A stretch of DNA of 64,000 nt from an uncultured Planctomycetaceae bacterium (GTDB taxonomy: Bacteria > Planctomycetota > Planctomycetia > Planctomycetales > Planctomycetaceae), in the NCBI GenBank assembly GCA_963815195.1, contig CAWFGE010000020.1:420028-484027 (forward strand), written 5' to 3'. Positions 31,341-42,537 of this stretch are shown in pieces; position 1 is the stretch's first letter, and each line of letters begins with the position of its first letter. The position numbers and the translations under genes are program-made. The notes beneath the pieces are model-generated. The model saw nothing but the letters and a program-made list of their open reading frames with translations, did no database searches and was not told the DNA's origin.

Positions 31341-33803
31341 ATGTCCGATCTGCCTGAACCTTTTTCGCCGGACGATCCGCGTCTCTCGGCCTACATCCTC
31401 GGCGAGATGTCCGACGAGGAACGATCGGCGTTTGAAGCCGAGCTCCAGTCCCATCCCGAGGCCCAAAAGCACCTGGAGGAGCTTCGCGAAACCACCCTAA
31501 TGCTCCAGGAGGCATTGGACCGCGTACCCGCGCCGGCCCTCTCGCCCGGGCAAAGGTCCCAGATTTTTTCCGCCGCCGCCCAGGCTCAAATCCCCTCTTC
31601 CAAGGAGAACCCCGTCATGAACCCGAACCGAAAACATTCCCGCCGCGGAACCTGGGCCATCCTCGTGGCCGCCCTGGCCTTGGCGATTGTCACGGCTGTT
31701 TTCATCGGCTCGCCGGATGAGTCTTTGGAAAATCAGGTTGGAATGAATGAAGTGGAAAGTGCAAAGTACAACGCCGAATCCGCACAAGCCCCGCACCACA
31801 GGCGCACCGAAGCAGAGGAATTGACGGAAAACTCTCGCGGCGTCCGGTTTAAGTCGGTCCACGGTGTTTTCCCATTGCGAGAGGAAGCCGAGAAGGTTTT
31901 ATCGGAGCAGAAAAAGAATTCACAGCTCCACAAAGAATACGCTCAGCTCAAGAGCGAGACGGAATACTCCAAAGATACGGTCCTAGAATTAGAATCTTCC
32001 GTCAATACCCAGCCAACGCCGACGGATGTGACGGTGGAACCTGGTACGGGTGGGGGTGGCCGCGGTCCTGCCAACAAACCGGGCGAAGCGAAGCCTGACG
32101 TCCAAAGCGTTGCGTCCACGACTGCTCCGGATCCTTCGGCTGGTAAGTCAACGACTCGCGGAGCCGTGCCGCCTGGAGTTGGGGAACGGAGTCGGTTTTC
32201 CTTTGGAGCAAGCGCGAACCGCCGATCGTCTGCCGAGGGTCTCGGCGGCAAAGGTTTTGGACTCGCAATGGGGGGAATGGGTGGACTCGGAGGTGGCGGA
32301 GGAGGTTTTGGCGGCGGAGCACCGTTGAAAAAAGCGGATTTCGCCGGCAAAGATGCTCCCGACGCCGGCAATGAAAGCTACGAACCCGATCTTCGAAAAC
32401 GACTTTATCGTGCCCAAAGGCGAGCAGTGCTTTCGACGTTTTCCATCGATGTTGACACCGCGTCTTATTCCAACGTTCGGCGGTTTTTAGAGCATGGCGA
32501 GCGCCCGCCCGCCGATGCCGTGCGGATTGAGGAACTCGTCAACTACTTCCACTACGACTACGCCCCGCCTAAAAACGGCGATCCGTTTGCCGTCCACACC
32601 GAAGTCGCCGCCTGCCCGTGGAACCCGGCGCATCGGCTCGTGCGGTTCGGCCTCAAGGGCCGGGAAATCACCAAGGAGCAACGGCCGCTCTCGAACCTCG
32701 TGTTCCTCGTGGATGTCTCCGGCTCGATGTCCGCGACCAACAAATTGCCCTTGGTGCAAAAAGCCCTGACGATGCTCACCAATGAGATGAACGAAAACGA
32801 CCGCATCTCAATCGTGACTTATGCCGGAAACGCAGGCGTCAAGCTGCCTTCCACCTCCGGCGAGCATCGGAGCGACATTCTCTCGGCCGTCAACAACCTG
32901 ACCGCGGGCGGATCGACCAACGGCGAAGCCGGGATCAACCTGGCCTACACCGAAGCCATCCGCAACTATATCGAAGCCGGCGCGAACCGCGTGATCCTCT
33001 GCACCGACGGAGATTTTAACGTAGGCGTCAGCGGCGACGGGGAACTCGTCAACCTCATCCAGGACAAAGCCAAACAAAGCCGGGTGTTTTTGAGCATCTT
33101 CGGCTTCGGGATGGGGAACTATAAAGACAGCAAGCTGGAAAAGCTGGCCGACAAAGGCAACGGGCACTACGCCTACATCGACAACGAACGCGAAGCCAAG
33201 AAGGTGTTCGTCGAGGAACTCACCGGCACGCTTTACACCATCGCCAAGGACGTGAAGATTCAGGTCGAGTTCAATCCCGCCCACGTGGGGGCCTACCGGC
33301 TCATCGGCTATGAAAACCGCGTCCTGGCCGCTCAGGACTTCAACAACGACGCCAAAGACGCCGGCGAAATCGGCGCGGGCCATACGGTGACGGCTCTTTA
33401 CGAAGTCATCCCCGTGGATAACATGCCCGCCGTGGCCGAGGGCGTGGACCGGCTGAAATATCAACCCGCCAAGCCGGCAAAGGACGTAAAGCCTTCGCCG
33501 GAAATGCTGACGTTGAAGCTGCGGTTCAAAAAGCCGGATGAAGATGTGAGCGTGAAGCGGGAGTTTCCGGTGAAAGATCCCGGCAAAAAGGCGGCTCAGC
33601 CTTCGGGCGAATTGGAATGGCAAGCCGCGGTCGCCGCGTTCGGGATGGTGCTTAGAAACTCGCAGCACAAAGGCCAGGCCGACTTGCGGTTGGTCCGCGA
33701 ACTGGCGCTCGGCAGCCGGGGGAAAGATCCCAGCGGCCGGCGGAAGGAGTTTATCGACCTGGTTTCGATCGCGGAGAAGCTCGCGACTGGCACGGGCAAA
33801 TAA
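31341..33803 (+). CDS. Putative anti-sigma factor: N-terminal anti-sigma-like domain, TM, linker, YfbK-type vWA domain
   Basis: DDPRLSAYILGEM..EER..FE, TM helix, STFSIDVDTASY, RIEELVNYF, DVSGSM (MIDAS), TDGDFNVG, IAKDVKIQVEFNP, YRLIGYENR, DAGEIGAGH. Confidence 0.88.
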   Translation: MSDLPEPFSPDDPRLSAYILGEMSDEERSAFEAELQSHPEAQKHLEELRETTLMLQEALDRVPAPALSPGQRSQIFSAAAQAQIPSSKENPVMNPNRKHSRRGTWAILVAALALAIVTAVFIGSPDESLENQVGMNEVESAKYNAESAQAPHHRRTEAEELTENSRGVRFKSVHGVFPLREEAEKVLSEQKKNSQLHKEYAQLKSETEYSKDTVLELESSVNTQPTPTDVTVEPGTGGGGRGPANKPGEAKPDVQSVASTTAPDPSAGKSTTRGAVPPGVGERSRFSFGASANRRSSAEGLGGKGFGLAMGGMGGLGGGGGGFGGGAPLKKADFAGKDAPDAGNESYEPDLRKRLYRAQRRAVLSTFSIDVDTASYSNVRRFLEHGERPPADAVRIEELVNYFHYDYAPPKNGDPFAVHTEVAACPWNPAHRLVRFGLKGREITKEQRPLSNLVFLVDVSGSMSATNKLPLVQKALTMLTNEMNENDRISIVTYAGNAGVKLPSTSGEHRSDILSAVNNLTAGGSTNGEAGINLAYTEAIRNYIEAGANRVILCTDGDFNVGVSGDGELVNLIQDKAKQSRVFLSIFGFGMGNYKDSKLEKLADKGNGHYAYIDNEREAKKVFVEELTGTLYTIAKDVKIQVEFNPAHVGAYRLIGYENRVLAAQDFNNDAKDAGEIGAGHTVTALYEVIPVDNMPAVAEGVDRLKYQPAKPAKDVKPSPEMLTLKLRFKKPDEDVSVKREFPVKDPGKKAAQPSGELEWQAAVAAFGMVLRNSQHKGQADLRLVRELALGSRGKDPSGRRKEFIDLVSIAEKLATGTGK

Positions 33804-33865
33804 TCGGATTAAGATCGGAAGGGAAGGACTCCGGTTGGCCGCCGGGTTTGGCCGACCGGGCCAAG

Positions 33866-33902
33866 AACCGCTGCCTGAATTTCGGGCAGCGGTTTTTCTT
33901 TT
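33866..33902 (+). terminator. Rho-independent terminator
   Basis: AACCGCTGCCTG stem pairing with CGGGCAGCGGTT, followed by TTTCTTTT, downstream of the vWA gene. Confidence 0.7.
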
Positions 33903-33970
33903 GGCTGGCTGGAAATCCGGTTACACTACAAAAATAATCTTTGTCTCTCTTCAATCCGGAAGATTATTCA

Positions 33971-34264
33971 ATGGACATTCAAATCATACTCTCCCCCGAC
34001 CTCAAGGAAAAGCTGGAACGCGAAGCCCAGGCGCGGGGAATGACCTTGGCGGACTTTGTGCGGGAATCCCTGGAAGACGTGGTCGCGCGGAAACGCGAGG
34101 CGGATGAGTTGGCCGCTTTGGATTATTTTCAAAAATACGCCGATCAAAGTGTGAGCTTTACGGATTGTGTGTCGTTCGTACTGATGGAGAAATACCGGAT
34201 CCCGACGGCCTTCTCATTTGACCGTCACTTCACGATTGCGGGTTTTGACGTCGAACCGTCATAA
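33971..34264 (+). CDS. Chimeric RHH/CopG antitoxin N-terminus + VapC PIN C-terminal half (collapsed TA pair)
   Basis: MDIQIILSPDLKEKLEREAQARGMTLADFVRESL (RHH) joined in frame to ADELAALDYFQKYADQSVSFTDCVSFVLM....AFSFDRHF..AGF (PIN C-half). Confidence 0.7.
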   Translation: MDIQIILSPDLKEKLEREAQARGMTLADFVRESLEDVVARKREADELAALDYFQKYADQSVSFTDCVSFVLMEKYRIPTAFSFDRHFTIAGFDVEPS

Positions 34265-34306
34265 TTCTCGAACTGAAAGGATCGAACCAATCCCAAGGAA
34301 TCTGCG

Positions 34307-35008
34307 ATGAAAAAATACGTGGCCGAAGCCATTGGCACCTTCGCCTTGGTGTTTGCTGGGACGGGGGCGATTATCGTCAATGATGTTTCCGGCGGGACGA
34401 TTTCCCATGCCGGGATCGCCTGGACGTTCGGGTTGATCGTGATGGCGATGATTTATGCCCTCGGCGATGTTTCGGGGGCACATCTCAACCCGGCGGTCAC
34501 GTTCGGCTTTTGGGCCGCGGGGCGGTTCGAGAGGAAGCACGTTCTGCCCTATGTGATCGCGCAACTTGTGGGAGCGTTCGTAGCGAGCGGGCTGTTGCGG
34601 GTGTTGTTTCTCGAACATCCGGGACTGGGGGCCACACTGCCGGCCGGTCCGTGGTGGCAGGCGTTTGTGTTCGAGGTCCTGCTGACGTTTTTGCTGATGT
34701 TCGTGATCCTCAACGTCTCCACGGGAGCGAAGGAGAAAGGAATCATGGCGGGGGCGGCCATCGGCGGCGTTGTGGCTTTGGAAGCGATGTTCGCCGGCCC
34801 GATTTGCGGAGCTTCGATGAACCCCGCCCGCTCGCTGGCCCCGGCGGTTGTCGGCGCGCAACTGCATGATGTTTGGATCTATCTCGCCGCCCCGGTGTTG
34901 GGGGCATTTCTGGCCGTGCCTTGTTGCCAATGCGTGCAGGAGGAGGGCTGCTGCTCGCTGCAGCTGGCTCCCGGCCCATCGAACTGTGAAACCAAAAACG
35001 TCGCATGA
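34307..35008 (+). CDS. MIP-family aquaporin/aquaglyceroporin with Cys-rich tail, probable arsenite channel
   Basis: AEAIGTF, SGAHLNPAVT, GASMNPARS. Tail CCQCVQEEGCC; abuts arsC. Confidence 0.9.
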   Translation: MKKYVAEAIGTFALVFAGTGAIIVNDVSGGTISHAGIAWTFGLIVMAMIYALGDVSGAHLNPAVTFGFWAAGRFERKHVLPYVIAQLVGAFVASGLLRVLFLEHPGLGATLPAGPWWQAFVFEVLLTFLLMFVILNVSTGAKEKGIMAGAAIGGVVALEAMFAGPICGASMNPARSLAPAVVGAQLHDVWIYLAAPVLGAFLAVPCCQCVQEEGCCSLQLAPGPSNCETKNVA

Positions 35009-35019
35009 AGGAGCACACC

Positions 35020-35436
35020 ATGAAGCGCGTGCTGATTCTCTGCACGGGCAACTCCTGCCGATCCCAGATGGCGGAAGCCCTGTGGAATAACCTGGGCCAA
35101 GGCGAATGGTCGGCGGCTTCGGCCGGCTCGAAGCCCGCGGGGTATGTGCATCCGTTGGCCGTCCGCGCGATGCGGGAGTTGGACAGCGATATCTCGGCCA
35201 ACGAAAGCAAGTCGCTGGCGGAATTCCAAAATCAGCCGTTCGACCTGGTCGTCACCGTGTGCGACAATGCGAAGGAATCCTGCCCCGCGTTTCCGGGCGC
35301 TCGGCAAACTCTGCATTGGCCGTTCGATGATCCCGCCCACGCGGGCGGTTCCGACGAGGAGAAGATGCAAGTCTTCCGCCGGGTGCGGGACGAAATCGCG
35401 GCGCGGATTCGCGAATACCTCGGCGGCCTTCGCTGA
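35020..35436 (+). CDS. arsC: Thioredoxin-type (LMW-PTP fold) arsenate reductase
   Basis: CTGNSCRSQMAE, VTVCDNAKESCP, HWPFDDP, FRRVRDEI. RBS AAGGAG at 35008. Confidence 0.92.
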   Translation: MKRVLILCTGNSCRSQMAEALWNNLGQGEWSAASAGSKPAGYVHPLAVRAMRELDSDISANESKSLAEFQNQPFDLVVTVCDNAKESCPAFPGARQTLHWPFDDPAHAGGSDEEKMQVFRRVRDEIAARIREYLGGLR

Positions 35437-35568
35437 TTGGAATGGGTCTCCGTTTGGGAATGCAAAATTGGGGAATTTCCGGCTAAGGTGGTGGATTCTG
35501 GAGGGCTTTTTCCGAATAATGAAATAAGCCACGACACGCACCTCGCCAGTCCCGCCCTCGGATCGCAA

Positions 35569-36669
35569 ATGTCCGAATTTGACAGCAACCGCCGGGAGTT
35601 TTTGACCGGACGGACGATTCAAAAAGAAGCCGAACGCGCCGGGCATGCGCTCGCGGATGAGCTTTTAAAGGAGGGAGCCCGGCAAATGCCGGTGGGCGGG
35701 AGCACGCTCCGCATGAGCACGGATGCGATGGCCTGCGAGTTCTCCGTGGTGTTGAATCAGGGGGCTTCCGGCGATCTGATGACCGCGACCGACGCCCTTG
35801 AGATGATCCACGACCTCGAAGGCCAGATGACGGTCTACCGGGACGACAGCGAAATGTCGCTCATCAACCGCCTGGCTTACGAACGGGCGGTGCCGGTGGA
35901 ATCGCGGCTGTTTTGGTTGCTCCAGAAGGCCAAAGAAGTCAGTGAGAACACCGGCGGGGCGTTTGATCCCACGACGGGGCCGTTGATCTCCCTCTGGCGA
36001 AGATGCCGGCAGGATGGGCGGGTGCCCACGGATGCCGAGATCGCGGAAAGCCTAACGCACACCGGACTTGCACACGTGGAGTTCGATGAGGCGAACACCA
36101 CGATCCGTTACGATGACCCGCAGGCGGGATTTAACCTGGGCGGCATCGGCAAGGGATATGCCCTCGACCGGGCGGGGGAGTTTTTGTCCAAATCGGGGCT
36201 GTCCGATTGGCTGATGCACGGCGGATTCAGCAGCCTGCTCGCCCGCGGCGGGCACCAGCACCAAGGCGGTTGGCCGGTGGGCCTCAGGAACCCGCTGTTT
36301 CCCGACCAGACGCTGGGCACGATTCTGCTCAAAGACCAAGCCCTGTCCACCAGCGGCTCGGCTGTGCAATCGTTTCGGCTCGGCGGGAAAAAATACGGGC
36401 ACATCCTCGATCCCCGCAGCGGTTGGCCGGTGGAGGGGCTGTTGTCGGTGACGGTTCTGGCTCCGACTGCGGCCGAGGCGGATGCACTTTCTACCGCTTT
36501 TTTTGTGTTGGGACTCGAAAAAGCCCGGGAATATTGCGATAATAACCCCGATGTGAGCAGTTTGCTCATCCCGCCTCCCCCTCGGGGCCGCAGCTTGGCG
36601 CCTGTCATTTGCGGAATCCCCGATGATGCCTTATTCCTTGAAACATCCGCTCCCCCCACATCAAAATAA
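35569..36669 (+). CDS. apbE: FAD:protein FMN transferase
   Basis: AMACEF, DSEMSLIN, GAFDPTTGPL..LW, LGGIGKGYALD, STSG, HILDPRSG.P, ADALSTA. Confidence 0.92.
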   Translation: MSEFDSNRREFLTGRTIQKEAERAGHALADELLKEGARQMPVGGSTLRMSTDAMACEFSVVLNQGASGDLMTATDALEMIHDLEGQMTVYRDDSEMSLINRLAYERAVPVESRLFWLLQKAKEVSENTGGAFDPTTGPLISLWRRCRQDGRVPTDAEIAESLTHTGLAHVEFDEANTTIRYDDPQAGFNLGGIGKGYALDRAGEFLSKSGLSDWLMHGGFSSLLARGGHQHQGGWPVGLRNPLFPDQTLGTILLKDQALSTSGSAVQSFRLGGKKYGHILDPRSGWPVEGLLSVTVLAPTAAEADALSTAFFVLGLEKAREYCDNNPDVSSLLIPPPPRGRSLAPVICGIPDDALFLETSAPPTSK

Positions 36670-36764
36670 GGCAGGGGAGTTTTTCGTCACCATCGTCAGT
36701 CCATCCCACAACGCATCCCTTTCGCGCTCACCTTGTCCACCTCGGATGCCGGAGGTTATCGCCC

Positions 36765-38053
36765 GTGTCTCACGATTTGCGTCGGATTTCGTTTTTCGCC
36801 GTGGTGTTTTTGGTGCTGCTCAGGCTCAGCATCGGCTGGCAATTTCTGTACGAAGGCCTTTGGAAATATCAAACCCAAAGCACGGGCAACCCCTGGACGG
36901 CGGAAGGTTATCTGCAGAACGCCCAAGGCCCCTTCCGCAGTACGTTCCGCAACATGACCGGCGATCCCGACGGGCTGAACTGGCTGGACAACAAATACGT
37001 CCAAGCGAAGTGGGACGACTGGGCGAACCGGTTCACCGAGCATTACCAGCTCGACGACGCCCAAAAGGCCCGCCTGGAGGAAATCTTGAGCGGCCCGAAG
37101 AACTACGAAGTCGCGTTGGACGATCTTCCCGAAGCCGTCGCCAAAGAGTGCACACGGGATCGCTCGGGCCGCGGTTTTATCATCGCCCGGGAGTCTTGGC
37201 CATTAAGAAGGATTACCAGGAAAAGCTCTTCACCCCCAAGGAGATGGACCTCAAACCGGATCTCCAAAAGCGGCTGTTGGGGATCGTGAAGCAGGACGCG
37301 GAGCCGAAGTATCACACGGCGGTTAACGAGCTGTTCCGGCTGATCGGCACGCCGCCATATAAAAAAGTCCTCGAAGCGACCCTCTTGGAGGATCCCGAGT
37401 ACACCGGAGACCCGATCAAGGATAAGAACGGCAACGTCATCGAAGTCCCGGTCAACCGCGTGGCGGTGTATAAAGACCGTTTGACGGATTACGAGAACCA
37501 ACTCGCCGCGGCCGACAAAGAATACGATTACGACCACCTCAAACGCGACTGGTCCGAGATTCAGGACATGCGGAAGTCGCTGATCGGCCCGATCGAGCAA
37601 CTCGACGCCGACCTGAAAAGCGACGCCCGCAAGATGCTCACCGACGAGCAGCGAAACATGGGCCCGCTGCCGGCCGAGAATACGCCGATCCACAAGATCG
37701 ACCTGCTCACGATGTGGTCGCTGATGATTTTGGGCGGCCTGTTGATCGCGGGATTTTTCACGCGGATTTCCGCGTTCCTGGCGGCGGGGATGGTGCTTTC
37801 GTTTTATCTCGTCAATCCGCCCTGGCCGGGAACGCCCCCGCAGATCGGCCCCGAACACAGCTACATCATCAACAAGAACTTCATCGAAGTCATGGCGTTA
37901 ATGGCGCTCACGTTCCTGCCCACCGGAAGCTGGTTCGGCGTGGACGCGATCTTTCGGAATCTGTTCCGCGGCAAGAAATCCGCCCCGAAAGCGGAATCCT
38001 CGAAAACCAACGAAAAAACGCAACCGGCGAAACCGGTCGCCGCGTCGACTTAG
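36765..38053 (+). CDS. DoxX/TQO-like membrane protein with large extracytoplasmic loop; apparent frameshift at ~37150-37195
   Basis: LLRLSIGWQFLYEGLWK..WTAEGYL in the N-terminal frame. LLIAGFFTR, YLVNPPWPG, IINKNFIE, G.D in the C-terminal frame. RBS GGAGG. Confidence 0.82.
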
Positions 38054-38183
38054 TTTGATTTTTTAAAACCCAAGCCGACGCCTTGGCGTCGGTTCGCCGG
38101 GAAGCCGGCGGCTTGGGACCACAAACAGCACGTTTCCCGTTATCCATCTCCCTTCCGCCAGCCATCGCGCGAGGTCTTACGTT

Positions 38184-39792
<1,609 letters not shown>

Positions 39793-39810
39793 AACTCAGT
39801 TCAACCACCA

Positions 39811-39901
39811 AGGCGAGCGTGGGACGTAACTCCCATGATTCTGTGATTAAGATTCGGTTTTCGATCAGAGACATCATGGGGCTGACGCCCCACGCTCGCC
39901 T
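39811..39901. repeat. Family-D REP-like inverted pair
   Basis: aggcgagcgtgggacgtaactcccatgat ... atcatggggctgacgccccacgctcgcct. Confidence 0.7.
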
Positions 39902-40125
39902 TGGCTTCTTCAGAATACTCGGTGAGTTGACATGGGACGTTGGCCGGATACTTCCCGCGCGACGTGGGCGACTTTTCTCTTGATCTTTCTTTTGTTCCCG
40001 TTGCTCTGCGCGCTCTGCTGGTGGTTCGTGTATCACTAAGTGGCGTGCGGTTCTCCGAAGGAACCGGTGGGCTAGCACCCTGCGGCTAATGAACGAACCG
40101 GGCTGCGGCTGATGAATGTTCCAGC

Positions 40126-41353
40126 CTAATCGCGGGATGGATCCAACAGCATGGCTTCGATCGTCAAGCCGGGACCGAAGGCCAACGCGACCGCGGGGGC
40201 GTCGGCTTTTGCGCGGAGGAGTTCTTCCAGAATGAACAGCACCGTCGGCGAAGACATGTTGCCGTAGCGGGCGAGAATCTGGCGCGACGGTTCGAGCCGC
40301 TGCGAGGACAAGTCGAGCGCTTCGCCGCAAGCCGTGAGGATGCGGGGGCCGCCGGGATGAATCGCCCACGAGCGGATGTCCGCCAGCGATCGCCCCTGGG
40401 ACCGGAGCCATTCCGCAAGCCAGAGCCTCAGCGATTGACGGATCATGTCGGGGACCGCGGGGGAGAGCGTCATGTCAAAGCCATGATCGCCGATCCGCCA
40501 GCTCATCACGTCCTCCGAATCCGGCAGCACCAAGGAACCATTGGCGGCCACCTGCCACGCGGATCGCTCGACATGAGGGGCCCGCGTCTTGGCTGGACCG
40601 CCGCCGCCGACAATCGCGGCGGCCCCATCGGCGAACAGGGCATTGGCCACGATGCGGTCGGGTTGCCAACCGTATTGATGATGGAGGCTGCAGAGGCTCG
40701 ACGGCGACCATGAGCACCCGCGCGCGGGGATCGCTTTCACCATAGGCCTTCGCAATCCTGAGGCCGTTGAGTGCTCCGTGACAGCCCATAAAGCCGACGT
40801 GGTTGCGGGCCGTCGATGCGGGCAGGCCCAAACAGCGAATCAATTCCAGGTCCACGCCCGGGGCTCCAAAGCCGGTGCAGGAGACCGTCACCAGGTGCGT
40901 GATGCGGCCCGGTTCGATGTCCGCGTTTTCCAAGGCATTCCGCGCGGCTTCGAGCGCGAGTTCCCCCGCGTGGCGCTGGTAGCGTTCCATCCGCTCCGCC
41001 GTCGTCGGGCCGCGGTCGTCCTCGTGAACCGCCGGCGGGAAAAACGACTGGGTGAGGAGTTCTTCCTCGTCCGTTTCCGGCATCGCTGCGGCCGTTGCCG
41101 CGGTGGAACTTTCCGAATCCGGACGCCGCGTCCCAGCGGGCTGGGCGAGCCTCTCTGGAGAACAATCATTAATGCTCGGCTCGAGGAGCACGCTGTGCCG
41201 CCGTTTGACGCCGGTTCGCCGGTAGAGCACCGGCAGCAGCCGGCGCTGGTCTTCGGTTTGGGTGGAGAATTGTTGGGCGATTTCCATCGCAGCGTGTTGC
41301 TTGATGGAATGCCGAGGCACGGCGGTGCCCAAACCGAGGATATAAAAGCTCAT
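40126..41353 (-). CDS. Type III polyketide synthase (chalcone-synthase fold); apparent +1 frameshift near 40697
   Basis: THLVTVSCTG, GFMGCHG (Cys), E(L)CSLH across the shift, ALFADGAAA, WAIHPGG (His), YGNMSSPT (Asn), FGPGL. Confidence 0.92.
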
Positions 41354-42537
41354 GCAAAATCCCATTCCGTGGCGGCGAGAGGCCGATTGAGTTGATTGAC
41401 GAGAAACTGAGGAACGTCGGGCCACAGGCCCAAACAGCGAATGGTCATCGAGGCCACGCGGGGCCGGCGCAGCAGCCAGGCCAACAGCCGGCACCAATCC
41501 TGCCGCTGGTGGATCAGCCGGCGATATGCCGCCCGCCAATCCTGCTCCGCTTGGGGCGAACTTCGGCGGACGGCCTGTTCCACGAACGACGCCACGGCCA
41601 TGCCGGTCGTGAGCGCCCAGGCAATGCCCTCGCCGGTAAACGGCTCGACATATCCCGCCGCGTCGCCTGCGAGAAAAATCCGATTCGACGCCGCCGAGCG
41701 GGACCGCCGCGTCAAGGGAAGCGTGCCCTGCCAGTCGGCGGAAGCCAAATCCGGCAGGGGCAAGTGGGTTTCATTTAGAATCTGCGAGACCAGCACAGCG
41801 GGCTCGTGGTTTTCGCGAAGAGCCGTCTGATCGACGGAAGCCGCCAGATGAAGTTCTCCCCCTCGCAAGCGGACGGCTCCAACGTAACCGCAGCGGCCGA
41901 CGGCCATTGTCACGCGGCCGGGATCGAATCCCGAAACATCCGTCGCCAGCGTCGTTCCCAGGCCCAACCGCGATCGCCGCTCGATCAGGTCCGCAAACTC
42001 CGGGCAGCTTCGCAAACTGGGATGCCCCAAACCGTCCGCCGCCACGACCGCGGAGGTGTTGAGAAGAACCGGCGTTCCTTGCGGGCCGGCGAGTTCCACG
42101 GTGCGCGTGCCTCCGGTTTCCATGTGCGGACGGACGCAAGCGGTCGTTTGCGGGAGAAACGCCGCGCCCTCGGCGATCGCTTCCATCACCAGCATCGCAT
42201 CCAAGTCCGCCCGCGAAATCGCCGCGCCCCCGGGCAGGGAAACCGTGAGCGATTGAGACTTCATCAACACATCCGCCCGCTCGAGCGGCACGCCCTTTAA
42301 GGCTTCGACCTGCCGAGACAGCCCGGCGTGCTCCAAGAGCGACAACGCCCGCCGGCTCAGGCAGGAGCCGCAAACTTTCGTCCGCGGGAAGGCTCTGCGA
42401 TCGACCAGCAATGTTTTCAGTCGCCGCCGGGCCGCTTCCCGCGCTGCCAGAGCTCCGGCGGGGCCCGCACCGATCACAATCACGTCCCACCGCTCGCGGG
42501 AAGCGTCGTCGGGGTGGATTGTGGCTGGCAGCGTCAC
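41350..42537 (-). CDS. FAD-dependent oxidoreductase/monooxygenase (geranylgeranyl reductase/FixC-like)
   Basis: VIGAGPAG, FPRTKVCG, ISRADLD, ADG, GDAAGYVEPFTGEGI. 4-nt overlaps with both neighbours. Confidence 0.88.
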   Translation of the reverse strand: MTLPATIHPDDASRERWDVIVIGAGPAGALAAREAARRRLKTLLVDRRAFPRTKVCGSCLSRRALSLLEHAGLSRQVEALKGVPLERADVLMKSQSLTVSLPGGAAISRADLDAMLVMEAIAEGAAFLPQTTACVRPHMETGGTRTVELAGPQGTPVLLNTSAVVAADGLGHPSLRSCPEFADLIERRSRLGLGTTLATDVSGFDPGRVTMAVGRCGYVGAVRLRGGELHLAASVDQTALRENHEPAVLVSQILNETHLPLPDLASADWQGTLPLTRRSRSAASNRIFLAGDAAGYVEPFTGEGIAWALTTGMAVASFVEQAVRRSSPQAEQDWRAAYRRLIHQRQDWCRLLAWLLRRPRVASMTIRCLGLWPDVPQFLVNQLNRPLAATEWDFA

